A stretch of 63,019 bases of DNA, counting the filler, from Octopus bimaculoides (lineage: Eukaryota): the NCBI RefSeq assembly GCF_001194135.2. It is 4 parts of 4 records of this genome, joined end to end, with 100 filler letters (N's around TTAATTAATTAA, not from the genome) between each part and the next. Parts side by side here need not be neighbours in the genome. Positions count along the whole stretch, not along the records: positions 24,951 to 37,082 come from NC_068983.1; positions 37,183 to 59,107 come from NC_068996.1; 2 more parts are not named here. One strand, 5' to 3'. The translations under genes and the position numbers were made by a program. The notes below the pieces were generated by a model. The model had not been told where the DNA came from and ran no database searches. It worked only from the letters and a program-made list of their open reading frames with translations. Every line of letters begins with the position of its first letter. The stretch's first letter is position 1. Below, piece after piece: positions 26,271 through 37,223 of this stretch.

Positions 26271-26348
26271 TGTATGTATGTATGTATGTATGTATGTATG
26301 TATGTATGTATGTATGTATGTATGTATGTATGTATGTATGTATGTATG
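26271..26348. repeat. (TATG)n microsatellite
   Basis: Direct reading. Confidence 0.95.
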
Positions 26349-26374
26349 TGTAGATGGATGGATGCATGCATACA

Positions 26375-27481
26375 TATAATTATTCAGTTTCATTTCAAGA
26401 TTTCTTGCCAATAGAGAAAGAACCGGTTTCTAACCTAGATCCAAGGCTCCTTCATTGGAATTTCAAAATCAACAACAGGGTATTTTTGTTTGTATGTATG
26501 TATGTATGTATGTATGTATGTATGTAGGTGTGTATATATGTATGTAGGTGTGTATGTTTTGTTTTGTGTCTTCTCATTCGTATACTTGCATATCTATACA
26601 TGCTCATATATACTTAAATGACAAACTGAGATATACTTAAATGTATGTATGTATGTATGTATATATATAGTGAAGGCGCATAGCTCAGCGATTAGAGCAT
26701 CGGGCTTACGATCGTGAGGTAGTGAGTTCGATTCCCGGAAGGGCTGTGTGTTATGTTCTTGAGCAAGACACTTTATTTCACGTTGCTCTAGTTCATTCAG
26801 CTGTAGAAATGAGTTGTGACGTCACAGGTGCCAAGCTGTATCAACCTTTGCCTTTCCCTTGGATAATGTCGGTGGCATGGAGAGGGGAAGCTGGTATGGA
26901 TGGGCGACTGCTGGTCTTCCACAAACAACTTCGTCTGGACTTGTACCTCAGAGGGGAACTTTCTAGTTGCAATCCGATGGTCAGTCATGGCCGAAGGGGG
27001 TCTCCCTTCTTATGTATGTTCTTATTCGGTTTATTTCAAGATTTCTGGCCAATAGACAAAGAGCCGGTTTCTAACCTAAATCTAAGGCTCCTTCATTGAA
27101 ATGCCAATATCAACAAGGTTTTTTTGTGTGTATGTATGTATGTATGTATGTATGTATGTATGTATGTGCAGATTTGTATGTTTTAAGCATGTATTCTCAT
27201 GCATATAGTTACATATCTAGACATGCTCATATATATCTAAATGATAAACTTCTGGAAAGTTTTATAGATTTTTACAGTTCCAGTGATGGATTGGATCTGT
27301 AGTCTTCGAATTAGCTTTCTCCTTTCTGGTGTTGAGAAGCCTAATTTCTCAAGATTGGTATTTAGGTAGTGTTACATATCCCATGGCCCCAATAATTACA
27401 GGTATAAACCTGAACTTGTAATCTGGATAGAGTAATTGCAGATTTCTCAATAGTTCAGCATAGGTGTTCTCTTTTTCACTG
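26375..27481 (-). mobile_element. R4/Dong-like LINE 3' end with a second diverged 3'-UTR copy
   Basis: EKENTYAELLRNLQLLYPDYKFRFIPVIIGAMGYV endonuclease C-terminus. UTR unit repeated at about 27026-27250 and 26375-26630. Confidence 0.7.
26669..27005 (+). mobile_element. tRNA-derived SINE
   Basis: A-box-like TAGCTCAGCGATT and B-box GAGTTCGATTCC, followed by a non-tRNA core; sits in a (TA)n/(TATG)n tract. Confidence 0.8.
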
Positions 27482-28357
27482 NNNNNNNNNNNNNNNNNNN
27501 NNNNNNNNNNNNNNNNNNNNNNNNNNNNNNNNNNNNNNNNNNNNNNNNNNNNNNNNNNNNNNNNNNNNNNNNNNNNNNNNNNNNNNNNNNNNNNNNNNNN
27601 NNNNNNNNNNNNNNNNNNNNNNNNNNNNNNNNNNNNNNNNNNNNNNNNNNNNNNNNNNNNNNNNNNNNNNNNNNNNNNNNNNNNNNNNNNNNNNNNNNNN
27701 NNNNNNNNNNNNNNNNNNNNNNNNNNNNNNNNNNNNNNNNNNNNNNNNNNNNNNNNNNNNNNNNNNNNNNNNNNNNNNNNNNNNNNNNNNNNNNNNNNNN
27801 NNNNNNNNNNNNNNNNNNNNNNNNNNNNNNNNNNNNNNNNNNNNNNNNNNNNNNNNNNNNNNNNNNNNNNNNNNNNCAGAAAACAACAACCGAGTGAAAC
27901 AACAGCGTCTAGTTTACGGATGGCAGACATACGACAGTTTCTCTTGCTACACCACGCATTTTGTTAGTTTTATTTCCGTACATTTACACTGTTGAAGAAG
28001 TTTCTGTTCAGGTGTTGTTTTACCATTTTTAATCACATTCTACATTTCTTTACAAGACAGATTAGAAAAATTCTCAAGAGATTTACTGTCTAAATTTGAA
28101 AAATGGTTAACTTCTGCAATAAAATACGACTCCAAAAGTTACTTAACCACCAAAGGCAAATGATCTGATTGTCAAATAGAAACAATGTCTGAAGTATTGA
28201 AATAATTGAAAGTATTGAATCGTAAAAGTATTCAGACATGTCAAGTATTTATGCCTGACCACACATATACACTTCTAACTTTATAGTGAAATGCAGCAAT
28301 TATTCTGTATTTGTTTTACTATATTTAATGCTTGTTGGAATTACAATCACAACTATA

Positions 28358-29616
28358 CTTAAAGAGTGGCGAAGCAAAACTTGCATTAAAAGTTACACTA
28401 ATATTTCACAGTAACCACTACACCTAACGATATAAAACCTAATGCAGAACAAAGAGTACATTGTTAGTTAATAATAAACTTGTTTTTTTTATGCAGGAAT
28501 ATTAGAGAATATGACTGCGTAGGAAGATAAACGCCAAAGAGTATGTGATTTGGTCCGTGCACGAGCCGATCCGAAGAGGATCTCAAGCATATTCGGAGTA
28601 TCCTTACACACAGTTTATAACGTCAAGAAGAGAATGGACATTCAGAGGAAGTCTGGCAGCGGTGGGGTCAACAAGAAGCGGAATCAAGACTTCATCAACA
28701 CCTTTAAGTCCAAAATTTCAACGAATCCAACCACATCCATGTGGAACCTTGCTTCTGAACTTGAAGTGGACCCCAAGACCATCAGAACAGCTGTGAATGA
28801 TGACTTGGGTCTCCAGTCCCACACCAGGACACCGAGACACCTTCTGACAGAATCTATGAAGGCCGGGAGACTGGAGAGGTACCAAAAGGTTCTCACATAT
28901 CTCAAGAAGAACGAGTCCACTGAAGATTTTCTCAAACGAGATCTTTACAGTGGATGATGTTGTGAAACGCAGAAACGACCTTTACATTGCGGAGTCAACA
29001 GCTGACATCAGAAGCAACTTCAGAACAAAACATCCAGCCCAAGGTCATGGCCTTCGGTGTTGTGGCCTCTGACGGAAGAAAGATGCTCAGCTACTACAAA
29101 CCCGGAGAAAAGGTAGGTGCTGACGCCTGCTACAAGATGCTGAAATACCATGTCTTACTATGGTTCAAAGTCAACTACCCAGAGGGCAATTATGTGTAGA
29201 CCTAGGATGGTGCTCCCAACCATACTGCCAAGAAAGTACAGAACTGCTGCAAATCCAACTTTGTTGCTTTCTGGCCTGCGGACTTCTGGCCCTCTTCCAG
29301 CCCGGATCTTAACCGTCTGGACTATGCCGTATGGGGCATTTTGGAGCATGCGACTAACAAAGGCTCCCACCCCAATAGCAACTCTCTGAAGGCTGCCATC
29401 AATGAGGAGCGGGTCAGGATATACAGTGACTTCGTGGTACGGGTTTCAAGGGCCGTGTGGAGGCCGTAACTGCAAAAAATGGAAGCCGCATAGAATAAAT
29501 TATACGTTTTGTGAATGTTATTAATCTATTTTTGAATTACTAAACCTATTAATGTGCAATGTGAGAGTTTCAAATGTTACAGAAATTTTCCAAGTTTTGC
29601 TTCCCCAATTTTTTAT
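28358..29616 (+). mobile_element. Tc1/mariner element, maT (DD37D)-like, inactive
   Basis: Terminal repeat core gaagcaaaacttg at both ends; transposase remnants VMAFGVVASDG, QDGAPNHTAKK, WPSSSPDLNRLDYAVW. Confidence 0.82.
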
Positions 29617-29659
29617 ATTTAGTATCTCCGGTTTGAATGTATGTAGCTATTGTTTATTT

Positions 29660-29950
29660 TGCTTACCAAGGTGGCATGTGCTATATCACCTGGATCACCT
29701 GGATCGGCCTGACTATCTGATGCCGAGTCGGCTTCGCTGGCCACAGCATTTGTTCTATTCTCCTCGTGCTCTTCCACGTTGTTCCAAACATCTTTCTTAA
29801 ATCATCTTCCCACCTGATTGAAGGTCTTCCGAGTGGTCTCTTCCGCTCACGCGGGCACCACTCAGCAACTGCACGGGTCCACTGATTATTTGTGAACCTT
29901 GCGACATGACTGGCCCATCGTAGCTTTGCGTGGTGGTATTCTGCAGTATG
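29660..29950 (-). mobile_element. RTE-like LINE C-terminal fragment
   Basis: KLRWASHVARFTNNQWTRAVAEWCPRERKRPLGRPSIRWEDDL. Confidence 0.8.
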
Positions 29951-30109
29951 TGCTATATATNNNNNNNNNNNNNNNNNNNNNNNNNNNNNNNNNNNNNNNN
30001 NNNNNNNNNNNNNNNNNNNNNNNNNNNNNNNNNNNNNNNNNNNNNNNNNNNNNNNNNNNNNNNNNNNNNNNNNNNNNNNNNNNNNNNNNNNNNNNNNNNN
30101 ATAGGCACA

Positions 30110-30480
30110 GACGTAACTGTGTAGTAAGAAGCTTGCATGGTAATCATAAGGTTCTGGGTTCAGTCTCATTGCGTGTCACCTTGGGTGAGTGTCTCCACTA
30201 ACACCTCGGACAACCAAAACTTTGTGAGTAGATTTGGTAAACGGAAACTGAAAAAGCCCGAGGTATTATAAATATCTATATGTGTGTGTCTTTGTATCAC
30301 TGTTTGTCCGCCACCACCACTTGACAACCGGTATTTGTGTGTTTACGTCTCCGTAACTTATAGAATAAGTACAAGTCTTAAAGGGAGTACAGTGGTCGAT
30401 TCATTCGACTAAACTCCTTCAAAGTGATGCCCCAGCATGGCTGCAGTCTAATGACTGAAACAAGTAAAAGAATAAAAGAT
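30110..30480 (+). mobile_element. Abundant tRNA-derived SINE with 3' module
   Basis: Head tgtgtagtaagaagcttgc...gttctgggttcagtc, accaaaactttgtgagtagatttggta, then ccagcatggctgcagtc module. Confidence 0.75.
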
Positions 30481-30699
30481 AGAAGAATTTTTCACCGCAC
30501 TCTGCTACTTGGGAAGTTAAGTCGGTGCTAATGTTGTTTTCATGCAGTTAACACTAGATTTTTTTTTTTAGTTCGCGTCAGGGTTTGAACTGGTGCACAT
30601 CGTGTGTTTGCTGTTGAAACGTTTCAAAAGAATGGCGAATCTGGTTTGTTTTTTGTGCTGCACCCTGTATAAACTCCTTGAAACCTGTTCTCTGAATAC

Positions 30700-31340
30700 A
30701 TTTTTATTGAAAACTAAAAAAGGTTTCCTAACGTCTTCTTCACTTCAGCACTAGTGATGTTTCTGGAGGAATTTCAACCATGTTTCGTGGTCTGCTACCA
30801 CAACAGCTCCTTTATAGGATCCAGTTAGCTCAAGACATCATCAGAAGGAACCACGTCCGGTTTCGGCCCCTACTCCTCTACCGTTTTGACGTGGCGGGGC
30901 CACCCCCTTTCGGAGGTGTCTTCAGCTCTGGTGTTGGGTGCATGTCTTCTTTCTTCTTCACACCTATCACTGTTTGTGACTGTTCTAATGCAACTGTGGA
31001 ATGTCCCTCGCTATGGTTATTTTCCAGGAGGTTCTGGCCACACGTCTTACGGTTCATCAACCCGCGTTGTGAATTACTTTCTTCTGACGCTTGTCTTCTT
31101 GGATAGAAGAACATCATTATGAGAATGGAAATATCCCATACCAGTGTAACAGTATTACAAACCACCAAAGTACTCGTTCGTTTTACTGTTGCTGTTTACA
31201 GCCAAGAATTATATTTCACTCGTACCTGATTGTTAAAAGGTATTATTGATCACAACAGGCATTGAATTAAAAATATATCGATTTATTGGGTCCGCCTTTG
31301 TTACTTTTATGTCTTGATGAAAGGATTACCGTATCGAAAA
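30700..31340 (-). mobile_element. Penelope-like terminal region (tentative)
   Basis: Minus-strand CTGATGA...CGAAAC hammerhead-like core at about 30776-30850; low-complexity ORF; no RT. Confidence 0.4.
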
Positions 31341-32278
31341 TACAAAAAATTTAAGAGGGAACTTCAATTCTTAATTGTGTATTACCACTGTAGTTCATTT
31401 ACCCTTCACAATAGTAAGTGAATTTATGTCTGATTTAATGTCGCAATTAGAAAATATGAACGTATTTAATCCTTCTAAAAACCCATAACTAAAAATCTCT
31501 CTTTAGTTAAATGTAATTTGTGAGTCGGCAGCATCATTAGAAAACAATAAAATGAAAAGTACTTGTGTGAAAGGTTGCTCTCTCTGTCTGTCTGTCTCTC
31601 ACGCAGACACACACACCACACACACACACGCGCGCGTATGTATGTCTTGGTACACTACAATCCGACTATGAAGGAGGTTTTCAATGGTGGAACTAGCGTT
31701 TCAAACGGCAAATCCTGAAACATTGAGTTGGATGATGGCTAAAATCAACGGTTTGTGAAAAGAAATTAATAGCCACTTTATAGGAATACTTGCGTGGCTT
31801 CTGCCATTATGCTTCGTCAATAAATAGTTATATTTATATTGGAACGATTAATAGTCATTAATAATGTGTTGGGTCTTCTCAAACATATAAAATCGCATAA
31901 TTTTACTATCAGGGCATCTGTGGATGAAAATAGATATAGACATACACGTGGAATTGATTCCGTTATTCACTCATATTTTATATACATATATACGTATATT
32001 TATGCATTATACATACACGGACCCGCGAATATATATTCTTTTATTTTATTCTTTTACTTGTTTCAATAATTTGACTGTAGCCATGCTGGGGAACCGCCTT
32101 CAAGGGTTTTAGTCGAAGAAATTGCCCCCATAGACCATAGTTGAGCTCCAGTTTCGGTGATTATGCGAATAAGGAGTCCAGCGTAGGTCATATATCAGCG
32201 AGTGAATATAAGGATTTACTCTTCGTAATGAGATAAAAAACCAAACTGTGTATAATATAGAAGATTTATAAATAGAAG

Positions 32279-32326
32279 GTCTTACAGCTGTTTCCTCGAT
32301 ATTCATTATATCCCTTCATCGGAGAC
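32279..32326 (-). ncRNA. Minimal type I hammerhead ribozyme-like motif
   Basis: GTCT-CCGATGA-(GATAT/ATATC stem)-GAAAC AGCT GTA-AGAC; helix III palindrome ACAGCTGT; U4 is C. Confidence 0.6.
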
Positions 32327-32686
32327 GGTGTGAGAAGATGGTTAAGCAATAGTTAGTTTAGATAAGATAGGAAATAGAGAGTGAATGTAGGGATATTGTA
32401 TTTGTAAATCCAATGTTTAGGTAGAATGGCATACATATATATATGTACGTATACATATACGCACACACACACACACACACNNNNNNNNNNNNNNNNNNNN
32501 NNNNNNNNNNNNNNNNNNNNNNNNNNNNNNNNNNNNNNNNNNNNNNNNNNNNNNNNNNNNNNNNNNNNNNNNNNNNNNNNNNNNNNNNNNNNNNNNNNNN
32601 NNNNNNNNNNNNNNNNNNNNNNNNNNNNNNNNNNNNNNNNNNNNNNNNNNNNNNNNNNNNNNNNNNNNNNNNNNNNNNNNNNNNNN

Positions 32687-32717
<31 letters not shown>

Positions 32718-32731
32718 CTATCTATGTATAG

Positions 32732-32785
32732 CCCACTGATGAGGAAGAGTATATTTTTATACAGAGCTTGAAATCCGGATCTGAG
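32732..32785 (+). ncRNA. Minimal type I hammerhead ribozyme-like motif
   Basis: CCCA-CTGATGA-(GTATA/TATAC hairpin)-GAAAT CCGG ATC-TGAG; helix III palindrome ATCCGGAT; weak stems I and II. Confidence 0.5.
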
Positions 32786-33646
32786 ATTATCCAAAAAATT
32801 TTTGCTAGTTTATTTGTTTATCTATCTTTTCATCTTGGGCTGTATAAATATATGAAGTGGTTTTAGAGTCAAGTTTTGACTGCTATCTCTAGCATGGTGG
32901 TATCTCTTAGATACCCTTGATTATACTTATATATATATATATATAAACACATATACATGCACACACTTATATGTGTGTGTGTATTTGTCTATAGATGACC
33001 TGATAGCGAAAGTATGCGATTTAGTGGCAATGAAATGGTATTTTTATGATTTAACTGAAACTTCCAAAATAGGTTTCACTCTGCCTACGCTAATAATTGT
33101 AGATAGCCGATCAGAAATGTGTGGTTTCTAATAAATACAACGTTAAATTTATTTTTGTTCTTTCTCTGAATTTCCCCTGAAGATGCTGCAGTTAAATCCT
33201 AGCAATACGAATATTTCACTGCCAGCAGAAACAGAGATCTCTATCGGGAATATAGAATAGAATTCTATGTGTGTTTTTATATAGGAAGGACAGCTCGATA
33301 ATGGAATCATCGACAGGGCTAGGAACGCAACAGATAGACACATGCATATTCTAAATTATAGATTTGATTTCTTTATATGTTACACACACACACGCACACT
33401 CATTTTTGTAGTTATCTATATAGTACTTACATAGTCATATATACATATGTAATCGTACCTGTATACATAAATATATATATATATATATACACATTATAAT
33501 CTAGTATACAAATGCATGCACACATGCATACCTAAATACACAGACACACCTCACACACACACACATCTACATACACGTACGCACATAGTAACATTCCTAA
33601 TGTCTTCTGTGATGCTGATACGATCAAATACATTCAGTGAGTGGAT

Positions 33647-33704
<58 letters not shown>

Positions 33705-33711
33705 TAATTGT

Positions 33712-33862
33712 AGCAGTGTGGTAAGAAGGTTGCTTCCAAACCACATAGTTCCGAGTTCAATTCCACTGTGTGCCACCTTAGGCAAGTGCCTGATATTATA
33801 GCCTCGGGCTGACCAAAGCCTTGTGAATGGGTTTGGTAGACGGGAACCGAAAGAAACCCGTC

Positions 33863-33865
<3 letters not shown>
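33712..33865 (+). mobile_element. tRNA-derived SINE
   Basis: gtgtggtaagaaggttgcttcc...ccgagttcaattccactg...gccttgtgaatgggtttggtagacgggaaccgaaagaa; same family as 36908 and 62830. Confidence 0.82.
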
Positions 33866-33907
<42 letters not shown>

Positions 33908-34870
33908 CACGTGCACACACACATGCATATATGTATATGTGTGTGTCCGTGTCCTAGTACCACTTGATAGCTGGTATTGGTGTGTTTACGCCCCTGTAAG
34001 TCAGTCGTTTAGCAATAGAATAAGTACCAAGCATAAAAATTCTTCAAGGCGGTGCTCCAGCATGGCCGCACTCTAGAGACTGAAGCAAATAAAAGATAAT
34101 ATATATATATGTGTGTGTGTGTGTGTGCGTGTATAGTCCCTCTGTTATCTCGACCTCTACAATACGGCCACATACATATACGCACAAATGCACGTGAATA
34201 ATGTATGTTTTTTGTTATCACAGACGATCACTGGTGATCCAGTTGCGACCGTCCTGTGTTTTGGTATATCGGTGATTGTATTATCCAATGTAGCCTTCAT
34301 TCAAGATAGTTGGATGAGATTTGGTCGCTATTTTTCGAAAGTTGAGTAACTACATTATATCTGTATGTGTGTGTGTTTGTGTGTCTTGATATTATGCGCC
34401 TTAAGTAGAATTTCTTTCGGATATTTGAAGAAATCTACGCCATAAATCTCATGGAACCTTTACACCAACACAACAGATAGTTCATTGCAAGAATCTCGAC
34501 CAAATCTCTATTGTAAAGTTCCGTTTTTTTTTTACGACGCATCACAATAAAATTTTTTAAAATGTAAGAAATTTCTGTATTTCTAGAAAGTTTTCAATCG
34601 GAAGGTAAATACATTTTGTAGCTGAACCGTGAACATCGACGTTTAACTATACAAAGATTCACCAAGTGAAAGTAAAAATAATCAATCTGAAGTAATACGT
34701 TGGAGATATATTATCAGGGTTAATTATCTATGTTAATGATGTATGTTAATTATCGATGTTAATTATCTGTTAATTTGTTTCTGTGTTTGGTTTGCAAAAT
34801 TCTTAAAGAGAATTCGTGTGTGAAACAAATCTTGTCTTGGGAGGGTCATTATACCACCACCACCACCACC

Positions 34871-34902
<32 letters not shown>

Positions 34903-34906
34903 CAAC

Positions 34907-34939
<33 letters not shown>

Positions 34940-34945
<6 letters not shown>

Positions 34946-35170
34946 GATCAGTAAATATAAAGACTTGCTAATAGAAATTGAAAAAAATGTGGCACCTCAA
35001 GGCGACTACCGTACCAGTGATTGTAGGATCTCTAGGAATGATAAAAAAAGCTACTGAAACCTATTTGAAAATGATACCAGGCTTACCATCCCTACAGGAA
35101 GTGCAAAAAATCGTGCTAACTGGAACGACTCATGTACTGAGAAGAGCATTATCGCCGTGAAAACAACATA
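34940..35170 (+). mobile_element. R4/Dong-like LINE 3' fragment after a (CAC)n(CAA)n(TAA)n array
   Basis: KYKDLLIEIEKMWHLKATTVPVIVGSLGMIKK...LQEVQKIVLTGTTHVLRRAL*. Confidence 0.8.
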
Positions 35171-35333
35171 CATCCATGAATTTATTTATTTATTTATTAA
35201 TTTTTTAAAATGCATATTTTACCTGTGAATTCGCGTGTGTAAACTGGGAATGCATACAATGAGCTTCTCTGCCCTAGGTGTACGGAAAACACTCGGCGAG
35301 AAATGGAAGAAAATTTGAAGAAAGAAGAAAAAA

Positions 35334-35361
35334 TAACAACAACAACAACAACAACAACAAC

Positions 35362-35459
<98 letters not shown>
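35334..35459. repeat. (CAA)n(TAA)n compound microsatellite
   Basis: Direct reading. Similar tracts at 33648-33707, 34853-34940 and 59697-59768. Confidence 0.95.
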
Positions 35460-35460
<1 letters not shown>

Positions 35461-35675
35461 GCACACGCACTAGTTCCGTATCACTTCATTATTGTGAGTC
35501 AGTTATTATTATTGGCGTAATGACCTTCCCAATACACCACAATATCTATGTTAATGATGTATACTAATTATCGATGCTAATTATCTTTGTTAATTTTCAG
35601 ATAAAATGGCTAAAATGCCACTCTGTCCCAAACGACAATATCCGGCCTGTTATTCTTATATTTGACAGAAGCTTT

Positions 35676-35738
<63 letters not shown>

Positions 35739-35748
35739 NNNNNNNNNN

Positions 35749-35786
<38 letters not shown>

Positions 35787-36907
35787 ATTTGTGTGTGTGT
35801 GTGTGTTTGTCCCACCCCGCCGCCAGCTGACAACCGGTGTTGATTTGTTTACGTTCCCGTAAACTAGCGACTCTGCAAAGAGACTGATAGAATAAGTATC
35901 AAACTTAGAAAAATGAGTATTACGGTCGGCTTGTTCAGCTAAACCCTTCAAGTCGATGCCCCAGCATGGCCGCAGTCCAATGACTGGAACCAATTAAAAG
36001 ATAAATGTTATTTTGTTGACCAACAAAGTCTATATTTGACAGAAGTGTGCGTTTGCGTGTGCGCGCGTTTAATCGATCTGATTGGTTTCTGTCGATTAAT
36101 ATTCATTGGAAGACAAACAAATTGAAAGACGGAGTGAAGCCAATGGATGGGTTTGAAACGAAGACCCAGGAGAGATCAAACTAGATATTAAATGACATTC
36201 ATCAGACATATTTCTACCTGACTGGATCCAGTCACTTCCCCCTTTTTTTTAAAAAAAGATTTGATTTAAACACGAGAAGTGCAAAGAAGTGGAAAAGCAA
36301 AACCGATTTATTGAAGAAACCAGTTTGTGACAGATTTTCAGTGGAATAATGGAAGAATTAAATTAACGAATGCGGGGGTCATGCAGTTGTGATTTCTAAC
36401 GCTTCCATAGGTCAGGAGATTAATCATTAATGCCGAGTAAGAAATATATTGATTGACATTGTACTAATTGATCTTTCACAGGAACGTTCTTTATTAAATC
36501 GTTTTATCGATGTCTTAAGCAGTCCTCAAGTAAAGAAACTGCCAGTGAAATTATTATAGCCATGTATGTCTTATAAAGCTGCAACACAAGACATGTGAAG
36601 GACATGTGGCGCTGTAATTTGTCATTCAGGGAAGACTCATCTATCTAGGAAACTACAGTGTGTTGCAGTGGTTCCCAACAGCGGTTCCCAACCGTTTTAT
36701 TTAATATGCTTATTCTTATGTATTCTTTTTTTTCTTTTATTCTTTTACTTGTTTCAGTCATTTTGAATGCGGCCATGCTGGAGCACCGCCTTTAGTCGAA
36801 GAAATCGACCCCAGGACTTATTCTTCGTAAGCCTAATACTTATTTTCTTGGTCGCTAAGATACGAGACAAACACAGACACACAAATACATACATACATAT
36901 ATATAGG

Positions 36908-37070
36908 TGTAGGAGTGGCTGTGTGGTAAGTAGCTTGCTTACGAACCACATGGTTCCGAGTTTAGTCCCACTGCGTGGCACCTTGAGCAAGTGTCTTCTA
37001 CTATAGCCTCGGGCCGACCAAAGCTTTGTGAGTGGATTTGGTAGACAGAAACTGAAAGAAGCCCGACGTA
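36908..37070 (+). mobile_element. tRNA-derived SINE, well preserved
   Basis: gagtggctgtgtggtaagtagcttgcttacgaaccacatggttccgagtttagtcccactgcgtggcacc...gaaactgaaagaagcccgacg. Confidence 0.85.
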
Positions 37071-37082
37071 TATATGTATATA

Positions 37083-37182
37083 NNNNNNNNNNNNNNNNNN
37101 NNNNNNNNNNNNNNNNNNNNNNNNNNTTAATTAATTAANNNNNNNNNNNNNNNNNNNNNNNNNNNNNNNNNNNNNNNNNNNN
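37083..37182. other. Artificial contig-joining spacer
   Basis: Identical 44N-TTAATTAATTAA-44N structure. Confidence 0.93.

Positions 37183-37219
<37 letters not shown>

Positions 37220-37223
<4 letters not shown>

Noticed and set aside
26669-26750. tRNA gene
   Set aside because: A and B boxes are present but no acceptor stem closes; it runs into a SINE core seen in other copies.
27349-27967. Long X-containing ORFs
   Set aside because: Open only because they cross N gaps.
33551-35993. ORFs rich in YI, CV, HT, poly-Y, poly-L or poly-I
   Set aside because: Translations of microsatellites; the same applies to similar ORFs across the window.
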